Of a stretch of DNA of 64,000 nucleotides, positions 46,212 through 55,703 are shown piece after piece. This stretch comes from Candidatus Micrarchaeota archaeon (lineage in GTDB: Archaea; Micrarchaeota; Micrarchaeia; Anstonellales; Bilamarchaeaceae). The notes beneath the pieces are model-generated. The model did no database searches, was not told the origin of the DNA, and worked only from the letters and a program-made list of their open reading frames with translations. Position numbers and translations under genes: made by a program. Within the stretch, counting starts at the first letter, position 1, and every line of letters begins with the position of its first letter. Where the stretch lies: NCBI GenBank assembly GCA_041694885.1, contig JBGFRX010000005.1, positions 5,291-69,290 on the forward strand, given 5' to 3'.

Positions 46212-47215
46212 GACAATCCCTCTTTTTCCTCAAACCCGAACATGATATTCATGTTCTGCACTGCCTGGCCTGACGCGCCCTTGAGCAGGTTGTCAAGGAC
46301 AGCGACTATCACGAGCCGGTTGTTCTCGTCAATCTCAAAGCCGCCGAGCAGCAGCTTGTTCGTGTTCTGCACCGCATGTATATCAGCTATCCCTTCAACC
46401 ACCTGCACAAAAGGACTGCCTTTGTAGAACTCTGCGTACATCTTCTTTATTTCGGCGGCGTTGTGCTTTTTTTTCAGGATTACATGGCTTACAATCATCA
46501 TCCCCCTGAATGTGTCCATTACCTGAGGAGTGAAGCCCACTTTGGTTTTTATGAACTGCTCAATCTCGTATTTGTGCCGGTGCCTGGTTAGGTTGTAGGC
46601 GATTATATTGTCCTTCGTGAGCGTCTTGTCCTTCGCATACGCGGATTCCTTTCCTGCTCCGCTCCAGCCGGACTTGCAGTCAAAGATTACGTATTTGGCA
46701 AATTTTTGCACGGGGTAGGAACTCGCTATCATTCCAGTTGCATAGCAGCCCGGATTTGCAACGATCTTTGCCTTCTTTATTTTTTCCCTGAACAGTTCAG
46801 GAAGCCCGTAAATCGCCTTTCTTTCTTTATCTTTATGCCCGAAACCGTAGACCTTCTCATAATCCTCCGGCTTTTTGAAGCGATAGTCCGCGCTCAGGTC
46901 TATAATCCTGCATTTCAGCTTCGGCACGAATTCCATTGCCTTGGTGTGCGGAAGAGCAAGGAACACAACATCCAAATTCATTTCGTTTATTTCATCAATA
47001 CTGAAGCCAGTGTAAGCAAGCTCCCCTTCAAAGTCCGGATAAAGTTCCTTTACTTTTTTCCCCGCATTGTGCCCGCTGTTCAGAGCCAGAAGCTCAACTT
47101 TCCCATGTTTGGAAAGCACTTTCACGAGTTCGTGGCCCGTATAGCCACTCGCACCTATTATTCCTGCCTTGATTTTCATTGCATTGCCCCCAACACTTTC
47201 TTTCATCCCGTTCAT
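46208..47215 (-). CDS. argC: N-acetyl-gamma-glutamyl-phosphate reductase
   Basis: 'KAGIIGASGYTG' NAD(P)-binding start; catalytic Cys region 'NPGCYATG'. Confidence 0.9.
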   Translation of the reverse strand: MNGMKESVGGNAMKIKAGIIGASGYTGHELVKVLSKHGKVELLALNSGHNAGKKVKELYPDFEGELAYTGFSIDEINEMNLDVVFLALPHTKAMEFVPKLKCRIIDLSADYRFKKPEDYEKVYGFGHKDKERKAIYGLPELFREKIKKAKIVANPGCYATGMIASSYPVQKFAKYVIFDCKSGWSGAGKESAYAKDKTLTKDNIIAYNLTRHRHKYEIEQFIKTKVGFTPQVMDTFRGMMIVSHVILKKKHNAAEIKKMYAEFYKGSPFVQVVEGIADIHAVQNTNKLLLGGFEIDENNRLVIVAVLDNLLKGASGQAVQNMNIMFGFEEKEGLS

Positions 47216-48370
47216 CTACAGCCTCTTCAATACCTTTTCGAGTATTTTGATCGCTTCGTCTATTTCCTTTTTCCTGACAGTGAGCGGAGGAAGAAAGCGC
47301 AGCGTGAATTCGTTCGGCGCGTTTGCAATGAGCCCGTTTTTCAAACATTTTTCCACCACTTTCTTCGCATCAGCTTCAATTTCAGCGCCTATCATGAGCC
47401 CCTTTCCCCTGACTTTTTTCACTTTTTCGAGTGCGGAGAGTTTTTTCAGGAAATAGGCGCCTGCTTCAGACGCGTTTTCCATAAACCCCTTCCGCATAAT
47501 GCAATCAATAGTGGCGTTTGCAGCAGCGCACGCGAGCGGATTCCCTCCGAAAGTGGATGCGTGGTTTCCCTTCCCGAATCCGTATTTCGAAATGCAGGCG
47601 CCTATCGGAACTCCATTCGCGAGCCCCTTCGCAGTAGTTATTATATCAGGGGTTATTCCTTCATGCTGGTATGCGAAAAATTTCCCTGTTCTTCCGTTCC
47701 CTGTCTGCACCTCGTCCAAAATGAGCAGGACATTCTTTCTTTTGCATATCCCGCTCACTTCAGCGAGAAAGCCCTCTTTTGGGACTATTACCCCCCCTTC
47801 GCCTTGTATGGGCTCGAGCATCACTGCTGCCGTATTACTGTTTATCGCATTCTCTATTGCCTTGGCATCCCCATAGTCCACGAAAACGAAGCCCTCGACA
47901 AGAGGGAAAAACGGCTTCCTGAACGCCTTCTTCCAGGTTGCGGAAAGCGCGCCGTGCGTCCTTCCGTGGAACGAGCCCTTGCACACCACGAACTCCTTCT
48001 TCCCGGTTATTTTTTTCGCGAGCTTTATCGCCGTCTCGTTCGCCTCCGCACCCGAGTTGCAGAAAAAGCACTTCTTCAGCCCGGATATTTTCACGAGTTT
48101 TTCCGCAAGCACGACCTGCTGCTCAGTATAGTAATAGTTGCTTATCTGAAGAAGCGTTTTCGCCTGCTTTGCAATCGCCTTTCCGACTTCCTTGTTGCAG
48201 TGCCCTATGGCAATGCATCCGAGCCCGCCCAGCATGTCAAGGTATTTTTTCCCGTCCTTGTCGTAAACAACGCATCCGCTGCCCTTCTCAGCCACCAAAT
48301 CGAACCGGCTGTAGGCATGCATTATGTATTCCGAGTCCTTTTCCTTCACTTCATCAGCGTTCATTTCCAA
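47216..48370 (-). CDS. argD: Acetylornithine aminotransferase (class III PLP)
   Basis: 'LILDEVQTGNGRTGKFFA' and 'TTAKGL' (PLP Lys) motifs. Confidence 0.85.
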   Translation of the reverse strand: MEMNADEVKEKDSEYIMHAYSRFDLVAEKGSGCVVYDKDGKKYLDMLGGLGCIAIGHCNKEVGKAIAKQAKTLLQISNYYYTEQQVVLAEKLVKISGLKKCFFCNSGAEANETAIKLAKKITGKKEFVVCKGSFHGRTHGALSATWKKAFRKPFFPLVEGFVFVDYGDAKAIENAINSNTAAVMLEPIQGEGGVIVPKEGFLAEVSGICKRKNVLLILDEVQTGNGRTGKFFAYQHEGITPDIITTAKGLANGVPIGACISKYGFGKGNHASTFGGNPLACAAANATIDCIMRKGFMENASEAGAYFLKKLSALEKVKKVRGKGLMIGAEIEADAKKVVEKCLKNGLIANAPNEFTLRFLPPLTVRKKEIDEAIKILEKVLKRL

Positions 48371-49199
48371 CTACCTCAGTCCCTATTCCTTCCTCGGTGA
48401 ATATTTCGAAAAGCAGGGAATGCGGCACAGTGCCGTTTATCAGATGCGCCTTCCTGCAGCCCGCTTCCACTGCTTCCATGCATGCCTCCACCTTTGGTAT
48501 CATACCCTTGGTTATCACTCCATTCTTTATCAGCCTGCGCGCCTGCGCAATAGAGAGGTGGGGGATAAGGGCTCCGTTCTCCATTACTCCGTCAACATCC
48601 GTCAGAATGGTGAGCTTCACCGCTTTGAGCGCAACGGCGACCTTCACTGCAGCACTATCAGCGTTTATGTTGTACGTCTGCCCGTCCTTTGTCCCGAGCG
48701 GAGATATGACCGAAGTTATTCCCCCATCAAGCATCTTCTTGATTTTTTCCACATCCACCTTCTTCACTTCGCCCACGAACCCCAGTTTTTCGTCCTTCTG
48801 CTCCACGTGCATGCAATCGTAAAGCGCCTCGCTCCTGCAGTGCATTTTCTTCAGGGCTGCCCTTATCTCATCGTTGATTTTCGCGAACACCTTTCGTATT
48901 ATCTCCACTGTTTCCGCATCAGTCACGCGCAGGCCGTTTACGAAAACCGGCTTTGCGCCCAATTTCTCCATCTCCCTGGTGACTTCAGGCCCGCCGCCGT
49001 GTACTATAACCGGCTTTATCCCAACCGCCTTCAGGAACGCAACGTCCTTCATCACCGATTCCTTCACTAAGTCGTTCACCATCGCTTTCCCGCCGTACTT
49101 TATCACCATCACTTTGCCCCTGAACTTGTGGAGATAAGGCAGCGCCTCGTCTATCAGGATTTTTGCTTTTTCAATATGGTTCATTTTCATCACATCCAT
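48354..49199 (-). CDS. argB: Acetylglutamate kinase
   Basis: Amino-acid kinase fold 'VIKYGGKAM', 'VHGGGPE'. Confidence 0.85.
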   Translation of the reverse strand: MDVMKMNHIEKAKILIDEALPYLHKFRGKVMVIKYGGKAMVNDLVKESVMKDVAFLKAVGIKPVIVHGGGPEVTREMEKLGAKPVFVNGLRVTDAETVEIIRKVFAKINDEIRAALKKMHCRSEALYDCMHVEQKDEKLGFVGEVKKVDVEKIKKMLDGGITSVISPLGTKDGQTYNINADSAAVKVAVALKAVKLTILTDVDGVMENGALIPHLSIAQARRLIKNGVITKGMIPKVEACMEAVEAGCRKAHLINGTVPHSLLFEIFTEEGIGTEVVGNER

Positions 49200-49232
49200 T
49201 TTGTTCGCTTAAGCGGTGAATCTGCGACATCT

Positions 49233-50402
49233 TCACGTAGGATAGTGCGCATTTATTTTCACGTACTCCTCGCTCATGTCGCATCCGTACGCAGTCGCTT
49301 CCTCCTTTCCTGAATTCATATCTATCGTTATCTTCAGCTCCTTTTGATTCATTATTCCCTTCACCTTTCCATAATCGAAATCCACAGTAACCCCGTTCTT
49401 CACTATCTGCATGTTCCCGAAATGCACATCCACCTTCAGTTCGTCGAACTTTGCTCCGGAATTGCCCAGGGCGCAGACTATCCTTCCCCAGTTCGGGTCG
49501 TTTCCGTAAACGGCGCATTTCACCAGATTCGAACTCACGACCGATTTTGCAAGCGCTTTTGCGGAATTTTCATTCTTTGCGCCTTTCACATGCACTTCGA
49601 GCAGTTTAGTCGCCCCTTCTCCATCCGCAGCTATTTTCTTCGCAAGCTGCGTGCAGATCTCATCCATCGCCTGCTGGAATCTCTTCCCATCAACCTTTCC
49701 GGCATTTCCGTTCGCCATGGCTATGCACATGTCGCTCGTGGAGGTATCCATGTCCACAGTCAGCATGTTGAACGACTTGCCCGCTGATTTTTTCAGGGCT
49801 TTCTGCAGCGCATCCGGTTGCACGTCCGCGTCAGTGCAGATGAATGCGAGCATTGTAGCCATGTTCGGGTGCACCATTCCTGCGCCTTTTGCTATTGCAC
49901 CTATGGAGAAATTATCCATTTTCACAAAGACCTCTTTCTTCACCCTGTCGGTTGTGAGTATTGCCTCCGCTACCTTTCCGTCCTTTGAAAGTTCCCCCTT
50001 TATTCCCCTGATGCCATTTTCTATTTTCTCCATGGGCAGGTAATGGCCTATTATGCCAGTCGAAGCCACGAGCACGTGCTTTTCATCTATCCCAAGCTCC
50101 TGTGCAGCAAGTTTGGCGGTCTTCTCAGCAGCTGCAATTCCCGGTTTCCCCGTGCACACGTTCGCGACTCCGGAGTTTATCACTATTGCCTGCGCTTTTC
50201 CTCCTTTAAGGTGCTCCATCGTAACATAGAGCGGAGCGCCTTTCACCCTGTTCTGCGTATAGATTGCAGCCGCGCTGCACAGGTGCTCCGAGAATATCAC
50301 CCCGAAGTCCAAATTGCTTTTTTTTATACCGATATGCTTACCCAGCGCCGTGAATCCATCAACTTTGCCTATCGCGTTTTCGTCCATGCTTTCATCGCGC
50401 AT
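49233..50402 (-). CDS. argJ: Bifunctional ornithine acetyltransferase / N-acetylglutamate synthase
   Basis: ArgJ autoproteolytic 'ATML' threonine site ('HPNMATMLAFICTDA'); about 389 aa. Confidence 0.9.
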   Translation of the reverse strand: MRDESMDENAIGKVDGFTALGKHIGIKKSNLDFGVIFSEHLCSAAAIYTQNRVKGAPLYVTMEHLKGGKAQAIVINSGVANVCTGKPGIAAAEKTAKLAAQELGIDEKHVLVASTGIIGHYLPMEKIENGIRGIKGELSKDGKVAEAILTTDRVKKEVFVKMDNFSIGAIAKGAGMVHPNMATMLAFICTDADVQPDALQKALKKSAGKSFNMLTVDMDTSTSDMCIAMANGNAGKVDGKRFQQAMDEICTQLAKKIAADGEGATKLLEVHVKGAKNENSAKALAKSVVSSNLVKCAVYGNDPNWGRIVCALGNSGAKFDELKVDVHFGNMQIVKNGVTVDFDYGKVKGIMNQKELKITIDMNSGKEEATAYGCDMSEEYVKINAHYPT

Positions 50403-50447
50403 TTTCGCCTATTTAATCGTTGCGCTCCATTCCTGCAAAAATATTTC

Positions 50448-50463
50448 AAAAATGTTCCATTTG
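50448..50463. promoter_or_regulatory. Perfect 7-2-7 palindrome TGTTCCA-TT-TGGAACA between the divergent argJ and regulator promoters; candidate operator
   Basis: Direct read. It sits between the TATA-like 'aaatattttt' for argJ (minus strand) and 'ttaaattttaaaa' for the gene at 50567. Confidence 0.4.
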
Positions 50464-50566
50464 GAACAAATTAGTTAAATTTTAAAACCTTGGCGCATAT
50501 TCATGGCAAGCGGACCGGAAAATCAGGGCGAAATGAAGCGGAGCAGCATGGAAAGGGCGGAACGAA

Positions 50567-51178
50567 ATGAAAAGAAAGAATGGGAATAAGACGAGCGAAC
50601 TCGTGTGGCTATACGTGAAGAGAAGACCTTTCATAAAGGAGATGCTGAAATATGATTTGGTGAACTACAGCCGCCTCGCGCGTCGGCTCTGCAGGGATAT
50701 TTTTCGTTCGCAGGACTATTTCCACGCAGTGAAAGTAGCACTCATACGCCTCAGCTCCAGGATAAGGAAAAAGGAAGGGGAGATGGAAGGAAAGGTGCTC
50801 GAAGTACTGAAGAAGAGCACGATTACGATAAGAAACAAAGTGGTCGTATTGATTTCCTCTGCTCCGCTCCAGCTCAATGCGATATCATCGGTGAAAAGCG
50901 GCAACTTCTACACTTACATAGCCGAGTGCGGCGAAACGCAGAAGGCGATGCGCTCTAAAAGTGTAATTTCCGCAGAGGAGAACCTCAACCTTTTCGTACT
51001 TTCGAGTTCTCCAGATATTGAAAATACACCTGGAGTGATTTCCACCGTGCTGCACATGCTCGCTGCGGAAGGCATAAACGTTAACGATTTCATCTCTTCC
51101 TATACTGACACTTTGCTCGTAATAAGGGAATCGGACACTTCGCGCGTGTACGAGCTTTTGTCTTCGCTTACGAAATAG
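50567..51178 (+). CDS. Predicted amino-acid-metabolism regulator: N-terminal winged-helix-like segment plus C-terminal ACT domain(s), COG2150-like
   Basis: 'ELVWLYVKRRPFIKEMLKYDLVNYSRLARRL' helix-turn-helix-like. C-terminal 'NLFVLSSSPDIENTPGVISTVLHMLAAEGINVNDF' ACT-like ligand-binding fold. Divergent from argJ. Confidence 0.45.
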   Translation: MKRKNGNKTSELVWLYVKRRPFIKEMLKYDLVNYSRLARRLCRDIFRSQDYFHAVKVALIRLSSRIRKKEGEMEGKVLEVLKKSTITIRNKVVVLISSAPLQLNAISSVKSGNFYTYIAECGETQKAMRSKSVISAEENLNLFVLSSSPDIENTPGVISTVLHMLAAEGINVNDFISSYTDTLLVIRESDTSRVYELLSSLTK

Positions 51179-51193
51179 CCGACAAATATACGA

Positions 51194-52000
51194 ATGATGA
51201 ATATGGAAGTTATTGCATTGTCTTTCTTCGCAGTGCTCCTGCTCTCAGGCATATTCGCGCTGCTCGGGCTTGGGGGCGCCTCGATATACGTGCCGGTATT
51301 CTTTTGGCTCGGAATCCCGCTCGAAAGCGCGATAGCAGCAGGGCTTTTCATGAACGTCGTCTCAACAGGAATATCATCGCTCAACTACCATGCAGGAGAC
51401 CTTCTGGACTTCAGGGCCGCATTCTGGATCCTTGCAGGCGCGCTGATTGGCTCGCCAATAGGCGTATGGCTCTCCCATTCCCTTCCCCACAAAGCAATAA
51501 TCGGGCTGTTTTCCCTTGTCTTGCTGCTCGCAGCCCTGCGCATGGCATTTGCTAAAATAAAAACGAAAAGAAAAGATGGTGCGCTTGAAGAAGGCGGAGC
51601 AGGTCTTTTCGAGGAGTTGGGCGCTTCGGTTCTCGGTGTTTCCATTGCAAGGAGTGCAGCAGGAGGCACCACTGGAATAGTGAGCGGTACTCTGGGAATA
51701 GGCGGAGGCGTCTTTCTGGTTCCATTCCTCATGGAAACCGGTTTCAGCCCCAAAAAAGCAGCTGTTCTTTCCACATTTGTGGTGTTCTTCGCCTCGCTCG
51801 TGGGCCTTCTCGGCCATGTGGTAGTGCAGCAGCCGGATTACCCATTCATGCTCGCAACTGGTTCAGCTGCGCTGATAGGCGCCTATTTCGGCTCTAAGAG
51901 AATGGCAGAGGGGAAAATACCTGACGAACTGGTGAAAAGGGCGTTCGCGCTCCTCCTTTTCATATTCGGGCTGAAACTCGCGTACGACTTTTTTATATAG
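51194..52000 (+). CDS. TSUP/TauE-SafE family anion exporter-like membrane protein
   Basis: Two 4-TM repeats with 'GLGGASIYVP' and 'LGIGGGVFLVPFL' glycine motifs. Confidence 0.7.
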   Translation: MMNMEVIALSFFAVLLLSGIFALLGLGGASIYVPVFFWLGIPLESAIAAGLFMNVVSTGISSLNYHAGDLLDFRAAFWILAGALIGSPIGVWLSHSLPHKAIIGLFSLVLLLAALRMAFAKIKTKRKDGALEEGGAGLFEELGASVLGVSIARSAAGGTTGIVSGTLGIGGGVFLVPFLMETGFSPKKAAVLSTFVVFFASLVGLLGHVVVQQPDYPFMLATGSAALIGAYFGSKRMAEGKIPDELVKRAFALLLFIFGLKLAYDFFI

Positions 52001-52024
52001 TATATAAGTCACGAAACTTCGTTT

Positions 52025-53497
52025 TCAGAATTTGAGCCAGGGAATGAAATTTATTATGAACGCGAGCACAGTGAGCCAGGAAACCGCCTTCATTATCTCC
52101 TTGCTTCTGAAATTGATTTCGAGCAACCGGTAACCGTCGAAGAATGGAAGGGGGAGAAGGTTCACAACCCCTATTACGAAATTGAGCGAGAATGCGAGCC
52201 CGAGGAGATTGTACAGGAACTGGAGCGCAGGGTTCGGGTACTTGGCTATGAAGAAGAGCGAGGAGAGGTCGTAGAGCGTCCCCTTCGTTATCGTTCCCTC
52301 ATAAGTTCCAGCACTCGTTTCGAAAACGTGCGTCTTGCTGTACTTCGTTTCGTTGTCCGCGCTCTGGAGGAAAGCCATCGCATCCTGGCCGTTTATCCTG
52401 TAAATCACCGCACCGCTCTCGTTCCCCCCAAGCACGAGCAGCCCTGTTTCCTTGTATTGCTCTGTGGAGACGAGGAACGCGAGGAAAACCGCGAACATCG
52501 CAAGCGAAGTGAGGAGATTTGCAGCGCTTCCCGCAGCCAGCACCCGTGTCTGCTTTTCATTATCCAGTTTTTTCAGCTGCCTATCGTCAGGTTCCACGAA
52601 TGCTCCAATCGGAATGATTCCGAACAGCACCACTCCTGAAGATAGTATCTTCACTTTCCCTACGCGCGCGAGCACCGCGTGCGCCCCTTCATGCACGACC
52701 AAAATGAGCGCAAGAGCAATGATGCCTTCTGCGAATGGTATGTTCACTCCTGGAAGTATGAGCGTGGCTCCAGGGGCCGTTTTCGCAAGCTGTCCTGTAC
52801 CGAAAAACAATGTCCCTATTATCGCTGAGACGATTACCGCGCTGTATGCAAGCAAGCTCGCGAACACTGCAAACGCCAGCCCGCCTAAATAAAGCAGCGC
52901 AGCGCCTAAAACCGCGTAGCTTCCATCGCCGCCTTTTGCAGCAAGTCCCTCCTCCCCCAATGTGCCGAGCAGAAAAGGGAAAACAACGGGTGCAACGAAG
53001 AAGGAAATGATGCTGAGTAGCACGAGCCCGAAGAACACCATGATCGCACGCTCAGCAGCTTTCCTTTTTATTATGAAGAACGAGGCGGCCCCGTATGCAA
53101 GCACCGTTCCTATGTCGGCGAAAAGATTCCACAACCCGGCATCCTTCGCGAGCCGCTCCACTGTGGCGAGCCCTGCATTGCTCTTCACCATGAGCATGCC
53201 CCATTCGTCCTTTATGTTCAGCTTTCTTGCGAGGACTTTGCTTATGCAGTACATCCCGGCCATCGCGAGGCCAAACTTGAGAGCAACGTGCATCTGCAGG
53301 TTTATCACGAGCAGCAGGAACGCTATTCCAATAAGGACAATGAGCGGGACGTAAAACATAAAGAATAAAAGGATGAGGAAATTTATATAATTGCCTGTAT
53401 CAAAGTGAAGAAAAAATGGACTGTGAAATTTGCGGCAAAAGGGAAGCGTTCTGCCTCGTGTATCTGGAAGGCGCGGAAATCGGCGCATGCGCCCCAT
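52025..53497 (-). CDS. Site-2 protease family (M50) intramembrane zinc metalloprotease. The true start is probably the internal Met at about 53359, which removes an 82-nt overlap with the MBF1 gene.
   Basis: 'LVVHEGAHAVLAR' HExxH in a TM helix; multiple TM segments. Confidence 0.7.
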   Translation of the reverse strand: MGRMRRFPRLPDTRGRTLPFCRKFHSPFFLHFDTGNYINFLILLFFMFYVPLIVLIGIAFLLLVINLQMHVALKFGLAMAGMYCISKVLARKLNIKDEWGMLMVKSNAGLATVERLAKDAGLWNLFADIGTVLAYGAASFFIIKRKAAERAIMVFFGLVLLSIISFFVAPVVFPFLLGTLGEEGLAAKGGDGSYAVLGAALLYLGGLAFAVFASLLAYSAVIVSAIIGTLFFGTGQLAKTAPGATLILPGVNIPFAEGIIALALILVVHEGAHAVLARVGKVKILSSGVVLFGIIPIGAFVEPDDRQLKKLDNEKQTRVLAAGSAANLLTSLAMFAVFLAFLVSTEQYKETGLLVLGGNESGAVIYRINGQDAMAFLQSADNETKYSKTHVFETSAGTYEGTITKGTLYDLSSLFFIAKYPNPALQFLYNLLGLAFSLNFVIGVVNLLPLPFFDGYRLLEINFRSKEIMKAVSWLTVLAFIINFIPWLKF

Positions 53498-53901
53498 GCG
53501 CGCGGGGCGGCAAAGTAATTCATTATTTCGAAAATCACAAAATCGGAGCAGGAGAGGCAGGAAGCGGCACGCCTCATTTTTCCCCTAAGCCGAAAAGCGA
53601 AGAAGAGATAGTCGAGGGCTACGGTAAGAAAATAAGGGATGCGAGGGTAAAGTCGGGAATCGGACTCGAGGAGCTGGGAATGAAGATAGCTGAAAAAGCA
53701 AATTATTTGGACCATATAGAGCGGGAGGACATGCTCCCGTCGCTTGCAATTGCCCGGAAGCTCGAGAAATTTTTCGGGATACGGCTTGTGGAGACGGAGA
53801 CGAATGCGCAGCACGAAATGAAGTTCGCGGGTGGGAAAAGGGAGCTCACCCTCATAGACGTTGTGGAAATAGAGAGGAAAGGGGGCAGAAAGAAGAAATA
53901 A
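53416..53901 (+). CDS. mbf1: Archaeal multiprotein-bridging factor 1 (zinc ribbon plus XRE-type HTH)
   Basis: 'CEICGKREAFCLVYLEGAEIGACAPCAR' zinc ribbon; 'ARVKSGIGLEELGMKIAEKANYLDHIERE' HTH. Confidence 0.8.
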   Translation: MDCEICGKREAFCLVYLEGAEIGACAPCARGGKVIHYFENHKIGAGEAGSGTPHFSPKPKSEEEIVEGYGKKIRDARVKSGIGLEELGMKIAEKANYLDHIEREDMLPSLAIARKLEKFFGIRLVETETNAQHEMKFAGGKRELTLIDVVEIERKGGRKKK

Positions 53902-53954
53902 AAACCGGCGCAGAAGAGATAAAAACAAAAAAAAACAATCTGCAAGGTGGTCCC

Positions 53955-54596
53955 ATGGGCGAAGGCGCTAAAAAAATGAAGAGTTTCGTACCTGACATCA
54001 GCGTTCCAAAAGAAGTGAAATTCGGCATCGCGGGCAAAAAGGGCGAAGAATATATTGCCAAGCGGTTTTCGTCCATGCTTTCAGATGCAAGAAAGCAGCT
54101 TCGCAGGATATTCTCCTTCAAATGCATGGATGAGGAAAAGCCGCTTGCAGCGCTCCGCTCAATCGCCGAGTCGTCTCCTGAAGGCGCCGAAGCAGTTGCA
54201 CTGGCGATAAAATACTTCTATGACAGCTGCGAATACGCGAAGAGAATTACCAAGATGAGTACCTCGGTCATAAACGCCCGCAACAAAAAAGTGAATCTCA
54301 TCAAACAGCAGGTAGAGAACATGCCAAATGAGGAGAGGTGCGTTCGTAAGGACGTACGCAAATTAGTGGAAGGCATGCTCTGCACAAACGAAGTACTCGG
54401 CACCATGTACAAAAAACATCTTCTCGAATTCCTCAACTCAAACTACAATAAGGTGGAAACCGTGGCAGATGTTCTCAAGGGCTATCCGAAAACGTTTGCG
54501 GAAAAATTCGGCGAAGCGGCGAAGGTGAACTTAGAGCATGTGGAAGCTGCCATCCGGAAAATCAGGCGAAGTAGGGGCAGGGAAGAGATTGTATGA
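53955..54596 (+). CDS. Hypothetical alpha-helical protein of 213 aa, immediately upstream of the FEN1 gene
   Basis: Protein-like composition; no family recognised. Confidence 0.35.
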   Translation: MGEGAKKMKSFVPDISVPKEVKFGIAGKKGEEYIAKRFSSMLSDARKQLRRIFSFKCMDEEKPLAALRSIAESSPEGAEAVALAIKYFYDSCEYAKRITKMSTSVINARNKKVNLIKQQVENMPNEERCVRKDVRKLVEGMLCTNEVLGTMYKKHLLEFLNSNYNKVETVADVLKGYPKTFAEKFGEAAKVNLEHVEAAIRKIRRSRGREEIV

Positions 54597-54674
54597 TTGG
54601 CCAGGTCGAGGAAGAGAACGCGAAACAAAAAACCTGGTAAAACCGAAACCAGAAATTGAAAACAGGTAACTTCC

Positions 54675-55703
54675 ATGAGCGTGGACATAGGTGACCTTGT
54701 TCCGAGGCATCCCACGACGCTGGAGAAGCTCGGCGGAAAGATAATCGCGTTCGACGCATTCAATGTAATCTACCAGTTCCTCGCATCGATAAGACAGGAG
54801 GACGGCACGCCCTTAATGGATTTCAAGGGGCGGCCCACAGGCCATCTTTCCGGCCTTTTCTACCGCAACGCACGCCTCATGGAGAATGGAGTAAAGCCGG
54901 TTTATGTCTTCGACGGCGAGCCGCCTGAATTCAAGAAAAAAGAAATAGAGAGAAGGAAGGAAGCGAAGAAGGAGGCAGAGGCGAAATGGAAGGAGGCGCT
55001 CGATTACGAACGTTTTGAGGATGCAAAGAAGTTCGCGCAGGCAACCTCGAAGCTCACCCCCGAAATGGTAGAGGAATCGAAGGAACTGCTTTCAGCACTC
55101 GGCATCCCCTGCGTGCAGGCGCCGAGTGAGGGCGAGGCGCAGGCAGCCTACATGGTGAAGAAGGACATCGCGTACGCATCCGCCTCGCAGGACTACGACT
55201 CCATACTCTTCGCTTCCCCGCGCCTTATCCGCAACCTTTCCATAACCGGAAAAAGGAAGGTGCCGAGGCAGAACCGCTACGTGCTCGTGGAGCCGGAAGA
55301 AATAATTTACGAAGAAGTACTTTCCTCTCTTGGAATAAGCCGCGAGCAGCTAATCCTTATAGGACTCCTCTGCGGCACCGACTTCAACAAAGGGGTGAAG
55401 GGCGTTGGCCCGAAGACAGCGCTCAAGATAGTGAAAGAGAACAAAACCCCTTCCGAAATCAAAAAATACATCAAGGCGAAATACGATTACGGGTTGGAAG
55501 AGGAAATTTTCGAATTCTTCCTCAATCCACCTGCAATGGATTTGGGAAAAATCAGATCCGGAAGCCCGAATGTGGAAATGGTGCGCAAAATTCTGGTGGA
55601 GGGGCACGATTTCTCGGACGAAAGGGTTGACAGGGTGCTTTCCGGGCTGGAAAAGATCATGAAAGAAAAAAGTGCGCAGAAGAAGATCGAAAATTGGTTC
55701 TAA
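54675..55703 (+). CDS. fen: Flap endonuclease 1
   Basis: XPG N and I domains, 'GIPCVQAPSEGEAQAAYM', and a C-terminal PCNA-interacting tail '...QKKIENWF'. Confidence 0.9.
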   Translation: MSVDIGDLVPRHPTTLEKLGGKIIAFDAFNVIYQFLASIRQEDGTPLMDFKGRPTGHLSGLFYRNARLMENGVKPVYVFDGEPPEFKKKEIERRKEAKKEAEAKWKEALDYERFEDAKKFAQATSKLTPEMVEESKELLSALGIPCVQAPSEGEAQAAYMVKKDIAYASASQDYDSILFASPRLIRNLSITGKRKVPRQNRYVLVEPEEIIYEEVLSSLGISREQLILIGLLCGTDFNKGVKGVGPKTALKIVKENKTPSEIKKYIKAKYDYGLEEEIFEFFLNPPAMDLGKIRSGSPNVEMVRKILVEGHDFSDERVDRVLSGLEKIMKEKSAQKKIENWF

